Source: Thelocarpon superellum (taxonomy: Eukaryota). From it: DNA of 45,027 nt. The notes under the pieces were generated by a model, which was not told the DNA's origin, ran no database searches, and was given only the letters and a program-made list of their open reading frames with translations. Location of the stretch: contig JAPEUG010000106.1 of assembly GCA_026025795.1 (NCBI GenBank), positions 1-45,027 of the forward strand, in the 5' to 3' direction. Made by a program: the position numbers and the translations under genes. Position 1 is the first letter of the stretch, and every line of letters begins with the position of its first letter. Shown here piece after piece: positions 12,473 through 24,745 of the stretch.

Positions 12473-15400
12473 ATGGCGGCTTCCACGACGGACGAGGATC
12501 CACAATCCCTCGACGAGAAACATGCCGCCCAAGATCCATCCAACCCTGCGACCTCGACCACCACCCTGAAGGGCGACAAGGAAAAGCTGGCCGGCGGCCA
12601 CGACTGGATGGAGATCAAGATGGAGGATGCCACGTCCGACTCCACCGAGGCGGCAGAGAGCCAACAAATACGAGGGCCGCGGCAGAATGGTGATGGTCAG
12701 GAAAGGCACTCACACGACACGCCCCAGGCCCCCGCCCCCAAGGTACCCACCCCACAGCCTAATCGAGAGTCACACTCCACACCGGCCGACGTATCCAATG
12801 GGGCCGACCCGCGGCTGGGACCCACACCACCTGAGCGACGAGGGTCAAGACAGTTCTCCGAGTCCTCTACCACCGCCGCCGGGGGCTCGTCGTCACCGCA
12901 TCCCGATGTCACCGTCAAACTCGACCCGGCCGCTCTGCCGCCCCAGCGACCGCTGTCCTCAAGCTCCATGATCTTTGTCGTCAACGCCCTGCAGACGATC
13001 GCCGCCTCCAAGGAGGCGCGGAAGAAGAAACAATTGGGCGATGCCGTCCAACGCGCCCTGGCCGCCATCAAAGAACTCGACCCTGAACTGCCTGACCCGG
13101 AGCTTATCTTCGAGCCATTACAGCTAGCCACCGTGGCCAACAGCGTCCCTCTTGCATCCGTTGCTTTGGACTGCATTGGGAAGCTCATCAGTCACTCCTA
13201 CTTTTCCACTCCCTCCGCCGCATCGCGTCCCCCGACCGCGTCAGACACCCCACCACCACCCCCTTTGATCGAGCGCGCCATCGACACCATCATCGATTGC
13301 TTCCAGGGAGAAGCGACCCCGGTTGAGACCCAATTGCAGATCGTTAAATCTCTCCTCGGCGCCGTCCTGAACGACAAGATCGTCGTTCATGGCGCCGGCC
13401 TCCTGAAGGCCATCCGCCAGACGTACAATATCTTCCTGCTATCCAAATCGAGTGCCAACCAGCAGATTGCCCAGGGTACCCTAACTCAGATGGTCGGCAC
13501 CGTCTTCGAGCGCGTCAAGTCCCGCCTGGCCATGAAGGAGGCCCGCACCAATCTCTCCAAGCTCTCGGTCGAGCGAAGTAGCGAGGCCGAGATCCCGCCC
13601 ACGAATGATGATGTCACGGCGGACGTCGAAGCTGCCCTATCTCGGCCACCTGCGACCACAGTCGATGGCCCGGCGTTAGCTGAGAGCAAGGAGCCCATCA
13701 CGCTGCAGAGCTTTGAGAACCGCAAGAGCTTCGATGACGACCGCATCCAGGACAACGCTCCCACGATGGTCACGCGGGTAAGGGAGACCTCGTCACGGAC
13801 CCTGACCGGGACCCCAGTCCCCAGCAGCGTCGGCGACGAAAATGAGGAGAACGAGGAGGAAGAGGAGGACGAGATCTACATGAAGGATGCCTTCCTGGTC
13901 TTCCGTGCCATGTGCAAGTTGAGCATCAAGAGCCTGCCCACGGAGCAGCTGCTGGATCTCAAATCGCATGGGATGCGGTCCAAGCTACTCTCGTTACACC
14001 TCGTCCATACCATCCTCAACAATCATATCGCCATCTTCGTCTCCCCCCTAGCCACGATCAAGAGTAGCACGACCAGCCAACCCACCAGCTTTGTGCACGC
14101 CATCAAGCAGTATCTGTGTCTGAGCTTGAGTCGGAACGGCGCCAGCTCCGTCAATCGTGTCTTTGAAGTCAGCTGTGAGATCTTTTGGCTGATGCTACAA
14201 AACATGCGGGAGCCGCTCAAGGTACTTCATTTTGCCGCCCGGAGCGTCTCATCCGGCCGACTAACCGCGTTGATGGTATAGAAAGAGATTGAGGTCTTTC
14301 TCAAGGAGATCTACCTCGCCATTCTCGACAAGCGCAATGCCCCGCTCACTCAGAAGCAGTACCTCATGGGCATCTTGCAGCGATTATGCGCCGATCCACG
14401 CGCCCTGGTGGAGCTCTACCTGAACTATGACTGTGATGGGTCGGCCCTGGACAATATGTTCCAACGGTATGACCCGCGCCGAGCCTTGGCCCTGATCCGA
14501 TCCGCAGCTGACGCTTTCAGTGTGATTGAACATCTTTCGCGTATCTCGAGCACGCCCGTCCTCATCACTCCGTCCCAGCAATTTCAATATCAGGAACAGC
14601 ACGCACGTGCGGTCTCGTCCGCCACGGAATGGCAAAGTCGCGGCACGCTGCCCCCATCGCTGTCGACGGCCAATGTCACCAGTGCACCGGAGAATGAATC
14701 GGCTGTGCCGCTCGAGTACTCCTTAAAGCGCGAGTCGCTTGAATGCCTCGTGGAGACTCTTCGTTCGCTGGTCAATTGGTCTCAGCAAGGCATCGCCGAC
14801 GCTACGGCCCGGCTCCAGGAAAGTGAGTCGCGAGACTCGCTCGACGCGGGCCGCGAGTCCATGGAAACGCCTGGCACAATGACCAATGGAGCCACGCCCA
14901 AAGTCTCCAATGCCGAGGCTGTAGGGATCCCATCGACGCCGTCCCTGCACGCCGTCGACGATCCAGACGAGCTGGAGAAGGCCAAGCATCGCAAGATCGC
15001 GTTGATCAAAGGCGTAAAGCAGTTCAATTTCAAGGCTAAGCGTGGTATCAAGGTTCTGATCGCCGACGGCTTCGTCGCCAGTGACAGCCCGCAGGACGTT
15101 GCCCGCTTCCTACTCCACACCGATGGGCTTGACAAGGCCGCCGTCGGCGAGTACCTGGGCGAGGGTGAGCCACGAAATGTGGCCATCATGCACGCCTTTG
15201 TCGATCTGATGGACTTCACCAAGACCCGCTTCGTCGACGCCTTGCGCCAGTTTCTGCAGGGATTTCGACTCCCGGGCGAGGCGCAGAAGATCGATCGATT
15301 CATGCTCAAGTTCGCCGAGCGGTACATCTCGGGCAACCCCAACGCCTTTGCCAATGCCGATACCGCCTATGTGCTGGCCTACTCCGTCATCATGCTAAAT

Positions 15401-18400
15401 ACGGACCAGCACAGCACGAAGTTGAAGGGTCCGCGCATGACCAAGGGGGACTTTGTCAAGAACAATCGCGGTATCAACGATAACGCCGACCTCCCTGAGG
15501 AGTATCTCGGCGGCATCTACGACGAGATCAACCAGAACGAGATCGTGCTACACACGGAACGTGACGCGGCGGCAGCGATGGGCGTGGTGCCGCCGCCGAC
15601 GGGCGGCATCGCGTCGAACATCGGCCAGGCGCTGGCCACGGTGGGCCGTGATCTGCAACGTGAGGCCTACGCCCAGGCTTCGGATGAGATGGCCAACAAG
15701 ACGGAGCAGCAGTTTCGCAACCTGGTCCGGGCGCAGCGCAAGAACGCCACCAAGGCCGGCTCGGTGCGCTTCATCGCTGCCACCTCCTTCAAGCACGTCG
15801 GGCCCATGTTTGACGTCAGCTGGATGTCCCTCTTCTCCGGCCTCTCCGGCCAGATTCAGGACACGCAGAACCTCGAAACGATTCGACTGTGCACCGAGGG
15901 CTTCAAGCTCGCCATTCGCATCGCCTGCCTCTTCGATCTCGAGACGGCGCGCGAGGCGTTCGTGTCGGCGCTGGCCAAGTTCACCAGCCTGAACAATCTG
16001 AGCGAGATGGCGGTGAAGCACGTCGAGGCTTTGAAGGCGCTGCTCGAGGTGGCGCAGAGCGAGGGCAACCTGCTCAAAGGGTCGTGGCGTGACGTGCTCA
16101 TGTGCATCAGCCAGCTGGACCGCTTCCAGCTCATCTCGACCGGCGTGGATGAAGGTGCCGTGCCCGACGTGTCCAAGGCGCGCATCGTGTCGAGTCGCAG
16201 CGACGGCGCGGGGGCAGGCCCGTCGCAGCGATCGGCGTCGGGTGCGCGACGGCCGCGTCCGCGCGTGGGCACGACGAGCAGCGGCTATCTGCCGGATGTG
16301 GCCCTGGAGATCCGGTCCACGGACTTCATCAAAGGAGTGGATCGCATCTTCACCAACACGGCACATCTCTCGGGTGACGGCATTGTGCACTTTGTGCGGG
16401 CCCTGAGCGAGGTGAGCTGGCAGGAGATCCAGTCGTCCGGGCAGAGCGAGTCTCCCCGGACCTTTAGCTTGCAGAAGCTGGTGGAGATTAGCTACTATAA
16501 CATGACGCGTGTGCGCTTCGAGTGGACGGCGCTGTGGCAGATCCTGGGTGAGCACTTCAACCAGGTCGGTTGCCATCCCAACACCAGCATTGTCTTCATC
16601 GCCTTGGACTCGCTGCGGCAGCTGTCCATGCGCTTTCTGGAGATCGAGGAGCTGCCGGGGTTCAAGTTTCAGAAGGACTTCCTCAAGCCCTTCGAGCACG
16701 TCATGTCCAACAGCGGCGTCGTCTCGGTCAAACACCTCGTCTTGGATTGCCTGATCCAGATGATCCAGGCCCGCGGTGACAACATCCGCTCGGGCTGGCG
16801 CACCATGTTTGGCGTCTTCACCGTGGCGGCGCAGGAGCCGTACGAGGCGATTGTCACCGTCGCCTTTGACCACGTCTCGCTCATCTATCAGCATCGCTTT
16901 GGCGTGGTGGTGTCGCAGGGTGCCTTTGCGGATCTCGCCGTCTGCCTGACGGAGTTTTCCAAGAATAGCAAGTTCCAGAAGAAGTCGCTCCAGGCCATCG
17001 AGACGCTCAAGTCGACCATTCCCAAGATGCTGCGGACCCCCGAATGCCCCTTGTCGACGGATGCCACTGGAGCAGGATCGACGGCGACCACGGGGCTGGG
17101 CACGCCGTCCAGTCGAGCGTTGCAGGAGGAACAATTCTGGTTCCCCATCTTGTTCGCCTTTCACAACGTGCTCATGACCGGTGATGATCTGGAGGTGCGC
17201 TCGCGTGCGCTGGGCTACCTCTTTGACGCCTTGATCAAGTACGGCGGCAGCTTCTCGCCCGAGTTCTGGGACATTCTCTGGCGACAGCTGCTTTACCCCA
17301 TCTTCATGGTGCTCAAGTCCAAGTCGGAGATGAGCAAGGTGTTGAACCACGAAGAGCTGTCGGTGTGGTTGTCGACGACGATGATTCAGGCGCTGCGCAA
17401 CATGATTGCCCTGTTCACGCACTACTTTGCCGCCTTGGAATACATGCTCGATCGCTTTCTCGAGCTCCTGACGCTGTGCATCTGTCAGGAGAACGACACG
17501 ATCGCACGCATCGGGAGCAATTGCCTGCAGCAGCTGATCCTGCAGAATGTGAACAAGTTTGAGCGCGAGCACTGGACGAAGATTGTGGGAGCGTTCGTCG
17601 AGCTCTTTGACCGCACCACCGCGCACCAACTCTTCTCGGCCGCGACGGCGAATTCGCATAGCCGTCACGTGTCGGTCACGACCAAGACACCCACTTCGAC
17701 AGTGGAGTCGTCCATGTCCGACCTGGAGCTCAACACGACGCCGGTGGAAGAGCGGGCGACGACATCGCCCGTGGACAATTCGCTGCAGATCAATGGCTTG
17801 CCGCCGGCAAATGCGTCGGTAGTGGTGTATGACGAGAACGATGCGGGTCCGGGTCCGACGGAGAATCAAGGCCGGCCACCGCGAAGCAACACGGCCGGCG
17901 CCGCGGAGCTCGAAGACTACCGCCCACAATCGGGACTGCAGCAGGCGCCGGTGGTGGTGACGGCGGCGCGACGACGCTTTTTCAACAAGATCATCACGCG
18001 ATGTGTGCTGCAGCTATTGATGATCGAGACGGTGAACGAGTTGTTCTCCAATGACGCCGTGTATGCGCGGATCCCGAGCCCGGAGCTCCTCCGCGTGATG
18101 GCCTTGCTGAAGAAGAGCTTCCTCTTTGCACGCAAGTTCAACGCCGACAAGGATTTGCGGATGAGTCTATGGCGGGAGGGGTTCATGAAGCAGCCTCCCA
18201 ACTTGCTCAAGCAGGAGAGCGGCAGTGCGGCGACGTATGTGGCCATCTTACTGCGGATGTACCACGATGATGGGGAGGAACGCAAGAGGAATCGGGCCGA
18301 GACGGAGGCAGCTCTCATTCCGTATGTGATACCCCGTCCTCTTGAAGGCCGCTCGCTGATAACTTGCACAGTCTCTGCGTCGACATCATCCACGGCTACA

Positions 18401-18747
18401 CCATTCTCGACGAAGAGACGCAGCAACGCAACATCATGGCGTGGCGACCCGTGGTCGTGGACGTGATGGAAGGATACGTGCACTTTCCCGAAGCCAGCTT
18501 CGCCAAGCACATCGAGACGTTCTATCCGCTCGCCGCGGAGCTCCTCGGGCGTGATCTAGGCGCCGAGGTGCGCCTCGCACTGCAGGCAATGCTCCGACGG
18601 ATCGGCCAAGTGCGCATGGGCATGCCACCGTCCGCGGACCCGCTACCCTCGCCGAGACGAGGCAGTCGCAGTCCTTCGGTGCGACGAACGTCTGCGTCGG
18701 CGGCGTCAGTATCACCACGGTCGCGACGAGCCAGCCGGGGGAAGTGA
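12473..18747 (+). CDS. SEC7: Large Arf guanine nucleotide exchange factor Sec7/BIG, 4 exons
   Basis: DCB region (ALDCIGKLISHSYF), HUS box YLNYDCD, Sec7 domain FRLPGEAQKIDRFMLKFAERY and YSVIMLNTDQH, HDS domains. Introns at 14222-14281, 14467-14520 and 18322-18371. The start is taken as the first in-frame ATG. Confidence 0.96.
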
Positions 18748-19050
18748 GCCGGAATCAAGGTGGAGTCAATGCTGACGTTGGTGTTTGACGATTTCTGATT
18801 GTGATATCCCTGAGCATCGCACACGTGGCTAGCACCTCGCGACGGTGATCTATCCCCCACCTCCTCTCCGATTTGATCCAACATGATGTGATTTGATCTT
18901 CGCTGTCACCTCAATACCGTGCTTTGTCTCTCTCTCTTGTATGTGAATGGATGAATAGAAGAGAAGTGGGAGGAAGGGAAGACGGCACATGGGGGGAAAA
19001 GGAGGAAAAGGGAACGGAAGGGGTCTCTAGCGGGCGTCGTTTCTTTCATC

Positions 19051-19094
19051 TCTTCTTCCTCTTCCTCTTCCTCTTCCTTTTCCTCTTCCTTTTC
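19051..19094. repeat. Pyrimidine microsatellite, (CTCTTC)n-like
   Basis: tcttcttcctcttcctcttcctcttccttttcctcttcctttt, lying between the SEC7 and GST 3' ends. Confidence 0.9.
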
Positions 19095-19418
19095 AGAATT
19101 ACTCCTCCCCAGGAGGGACAGGTCTACTTGCACGGGGAACCTCCTCGCATCTCCTCCCTTGTCTTCTCGTCTCTTCTCCATTCCATCTTACCTCGAAGAT
19201 GGATAGGAAGACTGGAGCATGTGAATGTATGCACGCATGTATATAGGATTTCTTCGAGTGGCATTTCCTGCTACCCCTTTCGGCGACCAACCGCGATTTC
19301 TGCCATCCTCCAACAAGAGCAAGCGGCGTAGGCAAGTGCAGGTAGCAGAGCCGCCGTGCTCAACTCAGGCATCACGATCCTGCTAGGAACAGGTCTGTGG
19401 ACCCATGCGCCCACGGCC

Positions 19419-20141
19419 TCACGCCTTCTTCAGAGCCGGCCGAGCTCCGACTCTCGCCGTCCACGCCTTCACGTTTGCATAGCTCTCCGTATCCACCCCC
19501 ATGACGCGTAGCCAGCTCATGAACGTCCACACATGGGTGTCTGCCAGACAATACGCCCGGCCGAGAAGATACTCCTTGCCGTCCAAGGCACCATCCAGAA
19601 TGCGCAACGCCGTGGCGATATCCTTCTTCGCCCTCCTCGCCTGCGCCTGTGTCCCGACCTCGGTCTGTTCGCTCTCGGGGATGTGGTCCAACGAGCCCAC
19701 CACGGCCGCGCCTGGCGTGCCAGCCGGGAGCGAATCGGCCAGCCGTCCGCCTGCGGCGCCGAGGGTGGTGTTGCCCCACACGATCCACTTCATGGCCTCG
19801 CCGCGCCGCGGACCGGGGGCAGGGTACAAGGAAGAAGAGGACGTTGCCTTGTCGTCATCCTTCTCGCTCGTGCCACGCGGGACATCGACCCCAAATGTCT
19901 CGCCCAGGTACATGGTGATGGCGGCAGACTCCCAGATGGCGACGCCGTCGTGGACGATGGCGGGCACGCGCCCGTTCGGATTGATGGTGGAGAGGTAGAG
20001 CGGCGTCCTGGTGTCGCCGCCTTCGATGGAGAGCTTCCTGCGCTCGGCCAGCGGCTTGTCGAGAGCATGCTCCAGTTCGTCGAGGACGGCGGATGTGATA
20101 TTGGCGGTGGAGAAGGGGACGACGTAGAACACAAGAGACAT
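19419..20141 (-). CDS. Glutathione S-transferase, intronless (240 aa)
   Basis: GST N-domain motif INPNGRVPAIVHDGVAIWESAAITMYL and C-domain LDGALDGKEYLLGRAYCLAD...WTARVGARPA in one uninterrupted ORF. Confidence 0.92.
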   Translation of the reverse strand: MSLVFYVVPFSTANITSAVLDELEHALDKPLAERRKLSIEGGDTRTPLYLSTINPNGRVPAIVHDGVAIWESAAITMYLGETFGVDVPRGTSEKDDDKATSSSSLYPAPGPRRGEAMKWIVWGNTTLGAAGGRLADSLPAGTPGAAVVGSLDHIPESEQTEVGTQAQARRAKKDIATALRILDGALDGKEYLLGRAYCLADTHVWTFMSWLRVMGVDTESYANVKAWTARVGARPALKKA

Positions 20142-20333
20142 TCTTGCGTGCTTCGGAGAGACTTGATCCCTTGCGTGAGGGAATCAATCACTGTGGCTGA
20201 GGTCCAACATGGCAACAGAGACTGACAGAGTCGTAGCACACAGATGGAGTAGGGCCTCGTCGATGCCAAGACGGGAGGGTTCATGCATGGGACGTATGCC
20301 AAGACCGGCCATGAATGACCCTCGACTCCTCTA

Positions 20334-20340
20334 TGACTCA
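20334..20340. promoter_or_regulatory. TGACTCA bZIP (Gcn4/CpcA/AP-1-type) site about 190 bp upstream of the GST start
   Basis: ATGACTCAC at 20333-20341. A single 7-mer could occur by chance. Confidence 0.35.
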
Positions 20341-20819
20341 CGTTTGTCGGGAAGATCAAGTTTCCTCGGATGCACCCATTCTTGCCCCCCAAGTCTGGCT
20401 GCTGAGGACGCTGTCCACCCGCTATCTCGCAAAGGGGGGGGGTGGACGAGGTGGGCCGTATCTACGCATGCGATGGGTTCAACTCAACTCCTTTTTCTAA
20501 CGTTCGATAACTTCCATGCCTGTCACACATACCACCCCTTTCCGCCGATCCGACCGCATCGTACATCACAGCGCAGAAGAGCGTAAGTGAAGCACTGTGA
20601 CGCGCAGTAGGGCAGAGTCGAGCAGACCAGACCAGGATAGGAGGGAGAAAGGCATCAACATACATTACGGTACGAGAACCGAGTAGAATACGAGGGCGAC
20701 CGGGGCACCATGTACCTTCCCCGTCCACCGTCCACCGTCCACCGTGCCACGCCACCGAGACCAGTGGAGAATCGTACACACAAGCCGCCAGCCAGCCAAC
20801 CAACCAACCGACCTGGGAA

Positions 20820-20922
20820 CAGAAGGAGAGAGAGAGAGAGAAAGGGAGAGAGAGGGAAAGGGAGAGAGAGGGAAGGGAGAGAGGGAGAGGGGGAGAGAGG
20901 GAGTGGACAAGGGAGGGGGAGA
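20820..20922. repeat. Polypurine (GA/GGA) tract of about 100 nt
   Basis: Almost pure A/G run (agaaggagagagagagagagaaagggagag...) immediately 3' of the APSES gene stop codon. Confidence 0.9.
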
Positions 20923-20933
20923 AATGAAAATTT

Positions 20934-23839
20934 TCAAACACCCTCCACGCGACGCAAAAAGTCCCTCAGTCTCCCCGTCTCCATGAGGTCCACGCCGCCT
21001 TCACTCTCAATCGCCTCCACCAGGCCCCTGAGCAACTTATCGACTTCCGCCTCGGGCGCGCCCGTACACAGACTCACGACGCGCCGGTACTTGGCTTCCA
21101 GATCGGAGCTGTGGCTCTTCAGGCGTGCGGCGTGCGCGCGCAGCGAGGCGTTGTTGGTGCTGTAGGCGGCGTGGCGCGCGCGGAGCACGGCCGGGGCTGG
21201 GAGAGAGGCGAGGTACGCGTACTGGTGCGGCGTCAGGTGCTCGACGCGCGGGTGGTCGAGTAGCGTGGGCGGAAGGTCGTCCGTGCTGATGTGCAGCCCG
21301 AGGTCGGCGTCGCCAATCTGGAGCGACAACGCGGCGGCGGCGTCACCGTTGACGAGTCCGTTATGTTGCTGTTGCAGACGTTGGCGCTGCTCCTGCGACG
21401 TGCGGAGCAGATTCGCCATCTTTTCTTGCCGTCTGCTTCGCTCCGTTGCTTTCCGCTGGAGCGCTTCGAGGCGCCGTCGCTCTTCGCCCAGCTGGGCCGA
21501 ACATTCCCGTAGTTGCGCGTGCGTGGCGTCGATGAGGTCCTGCTTGGCGCGCATCTCCGACGCGAATTCCTTTTCGGTTTCTGACAGGAGCGATGACATG
21601 GCTGTCCGGGTCAGTCCGGGCTGTGATGGGTGGGATTGGGAGAGGCCACTCACATGAGATGATATCCTGGCTCGTCTCGCCCACTACCCGGCTGACGGTC
21701 CGCTCGGGACTCTCCACACGATGCTGGCTCGATGATGGCGGCTCACGCATCTCCCCGTCTTTGCCGACGCCAAAGTCCAAAGGCTTCAGGCCGGCGCGGT
21801 TCGGGATCCCGGCGTCGGCACCCACTTCCAACATCTGCTGGATGATGCTGCGGTTGCCGATGCGCGCCGCGATGTTCAAGGCCGTATCGCCCGACTTGTC
21901 CTGTGCGTTGACAATCTCCGACATGAAGCGTCCGAGTCCAATGGCCTTCATCGTCGCGCCCGCCGCAGCCGGGCTGCTGAAGGAATTCTGCTGGCTGCTG
22001 GGCGCGCTGCCTTGGCGCACGACAAACTCGAGCAGCGACTCCAGGTAGTACCGACTCGCCGAGCTGCGCCCCTTTACCGCCGAGGACACGGCGATATGAT
22101 GGAGCACCGTGCGTCCGCGTCCGTCACGCATCTCGATGGTCGGGCCGAGCATCTCGAGCAGTTCCGGAAAACTTCCTTGGTCGAGATTGTTCGTCACCAC
22201 ACACGCCCGGATAAGCGCCGTCTCGCCCCCGCCGTTCACCCGAACGATGCTTGCGCCTCGCGCGATCAATGCTCGCAACAAGGGCATGCGTGCCAAGGTC
22301 GCCGCCCAGTGCAGCGCCGTGTGTGCCGTGCCATCAAGCGGGAGGTCGAGGTCCGTGCTCGACAGCCGCGCAAAGGCCGGGTGGCGAGAGAAGTCCGTCT
22401 GCGATGGGTCCAGGAACAAGGACAGCAAGAGGCCGACTTTCTCCTCCGCCGCCTTGCCCGTTGGCGGCGGCAAGGGCTCCAGCGCCACCACGCCGGCATC
22501 CAGCGATGGCACGTCGGGGGCTCCGTAGACGGCTGGGTCGAGGGGTTGAGTCGACCCGCCCTCCGTCATCGACATGTCGTACATGCACTCGTCCGCCGGC
22601 AGGTGGTCGAGGCTCGGCGACGGTCGGACCTTCTTGCGTGGAGGCTCCTGCACGTCACCGTGGCGGGCGGGATCGTGCATGGCGGCGAGGTAGCCAACGT
22701 TCTGCGTGCCGTAGGTCGAGTCCATGTTGCCCGTCGCGCCGAAGCTGCTCTCCGACGCGAGCGAGGCCATGCTCTGCTGGCTGCCGCCGGCAAAGGACTC
22801 CTGGCTACCCAGTTGCTGCGACGATTGGCGTTTGACGCTTCCCGGCCGACGGTGACTCGTGCCCGATCGCGGCCCCGGCGAGTCGAAGCGCGCCTTGGTG
22901 ATGGCGGCGACGGCATTGGACGCCGTGCTGGAGATGTTCTTGAAGAAGGTGCCGTTGGCCGACTGGCCGGCGGGTCGATTCTCGATGCCAGCGTTGTAGA
23001 GGCGCTTGCGGTTGGCGGCCATGGCCTGCTCCTTGGTCGGCGTCTCGACCCGACCCGAGCCAGCGGCCGTCATGCCGTCTTGACCCATGTCGTACTCCAG
23101 CAGCGGCCGCAACAAGGCCTCGACGCCGTACTGCCGGCAGAACTCGAGACCCCGCTGATAGTTGATCCACGTGCCCTGGTATTTGCCGTAGCCCCCTTGC
23201 ACCTTTTCGTGCTCGCCGGCCAGGATCTCTTTTTCCAACACCTTGGTGCGTTTGCCCTTCTCGATGCCCGCCACCTTGAGGATCTGCGTGGCATTGAGCC
23301 AGGAATCGGAGCGGCGACGCATCACCGCGATGTGGTTCACTTCCATCTCATACACCGACACGCCTGAGTAGACGGCCTAGCACGCCAAGTCAGTACCCGG
23401 CGCCTCATGTTCCGACCGCGATCTCATCGAAACCGACCGTGTAAATCTGGGGCCGATGCCCCGACCCGGCATGGGCCATGGAATCGAGCTCGGGCGCGGG
23501 GACCTTGGCCGGGAATTGCTGCAGGACGATCTCGCCATGGCCTTGCGAGGATCGCGGGTAGTACGACATCGACCCGTTGCTCAGGGCCTGAGGAGTGCTG
23601 GCCGGGGTCGAGACGACCGAGGCCGAGGTATCAAAGTAGCCGCTCGTCGACGACGCCGGTCCCCCCGGATAAGCGGACGATGTGGTGCTGGTGCGCGACC
23701 CGGAGGAGGGAAGGGTCGGGTGCAATGGCGTCGTGGTGGTCGTGGTGGCGATGGTGTGCAGGGTGGAGGCCATCCAGTCCGAGGTAGCGAGCGAGGCAGA
23801 GACTTGATCTGGGGTGGAAGGCATCAGTGGCTGATGCAT
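20934..23839 (-). CDS. SWI6: APSES (KilA-N) plus ankyrin-repeat G1/S transcription factor, Swi6/Cdc10-type MBF/SBF subunit; start codon uncertain
   Basis: PQIYT|AVYSGVSVYEMEVNHIAVMRRRSDSWLNATQILKVAG...EHEKVQGGYGKYQGTW; ankyrin repeats TALHWAA, GETALIRA, GRTVLHHIA, GDTALNIAARIGN; C-terminal coiled coil. Introns at 23377-23437 and 21602-21653. Several in-frame ATGs between about 23479 and 23839. Assignment to Swi6/Cdc10 rather than Mbp1/Swi4 is from memory of family sequences. Confidence 0.85.
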
Positions 23840-24745
23840 GCTGGGGCGACCACGAGGAGCATCGTCTGTGGTGAGGCGTGGGTGGTCTGGCTCTTCTTCT
23901 CACCTAGCGCTGCACCTTCACCGTCATGAGAGGAGACTGATGGAACAGGAGGAGAGGGCGTGGTCGAGGCTCTACGACACTTGGACCGGTCGCAAGGGAG
24001 AGAGCGTGGACGCGTGCAGGCCGGAAGTGGCAGTCTAAGTGGATTCGCGATCGCGCGGGTAATTTGAACAGTCTTGGCCGAGGGCTGGTATGGATACTTC
24101 GGCTGCGCCCGTGTTCTGTGCCGTTCGCGCCGCCCGTCCATGTACCCGCTACTTGTCTCCACTGTGGACGGTTCGCGTTTCGTTTCGCCTGCGGCCCTCC
24201 GGCGCGTGTCGAATGGTCCACCGACGCCCGCACCGCGCCACCCATGCAATCGGATCCGATCGATGATTCTCGTGCACACCTGCACTCTCACAACGGCTGT
24301 CGCTAGAGTGGCACCGCCTGAACAAGATGGCACCGCATCGACTGTGGCGCTCGCCTGGTACTGGGGTGCCTGAGTGCTTGAGGGCTTGAATCCCTTCGTG
24401 CTCGTCCGGTATTCGCGGGGTTGCGCGTGTCGCGTACTCTACAGGTAATTAAGTGACATTTTCCAGTGGGCACGGAACGAACCGAGCGGGAGTAGAATGG
24501 TTGAAGCTGGCAAGTCTTGGCGACCTAACCGACTCAAGTTTGCAGTTGCCGTTGGCAGAGGGCAAACGGGCAAACGGGGGCTCCTCGGGTAGCTGGTAGC
24601 TGATAGCTCGCAGCTTGTAGCTCCTTCGACCGCCGCCATTAAGGTGGGATATTGTGAAGGCCATGCATTCGGACCGCGACCCCTTCAGACAATGTGATGC
24701 TGTGTCCCCTGCTCCTGATGCCCGCGTCCCCTTGGATGCCTTTCA

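Noticed and set aside
15548..17929. 793-aa antisense ORF inside SEC7, and similar long antisense ORFs in SPF1, SWI6 and the C2H2 TF
   Set aside because: These are in-register shadows of GC3-rich coding sequence, with Arg/Leu/Gly-rich translations and no recognisable domains.
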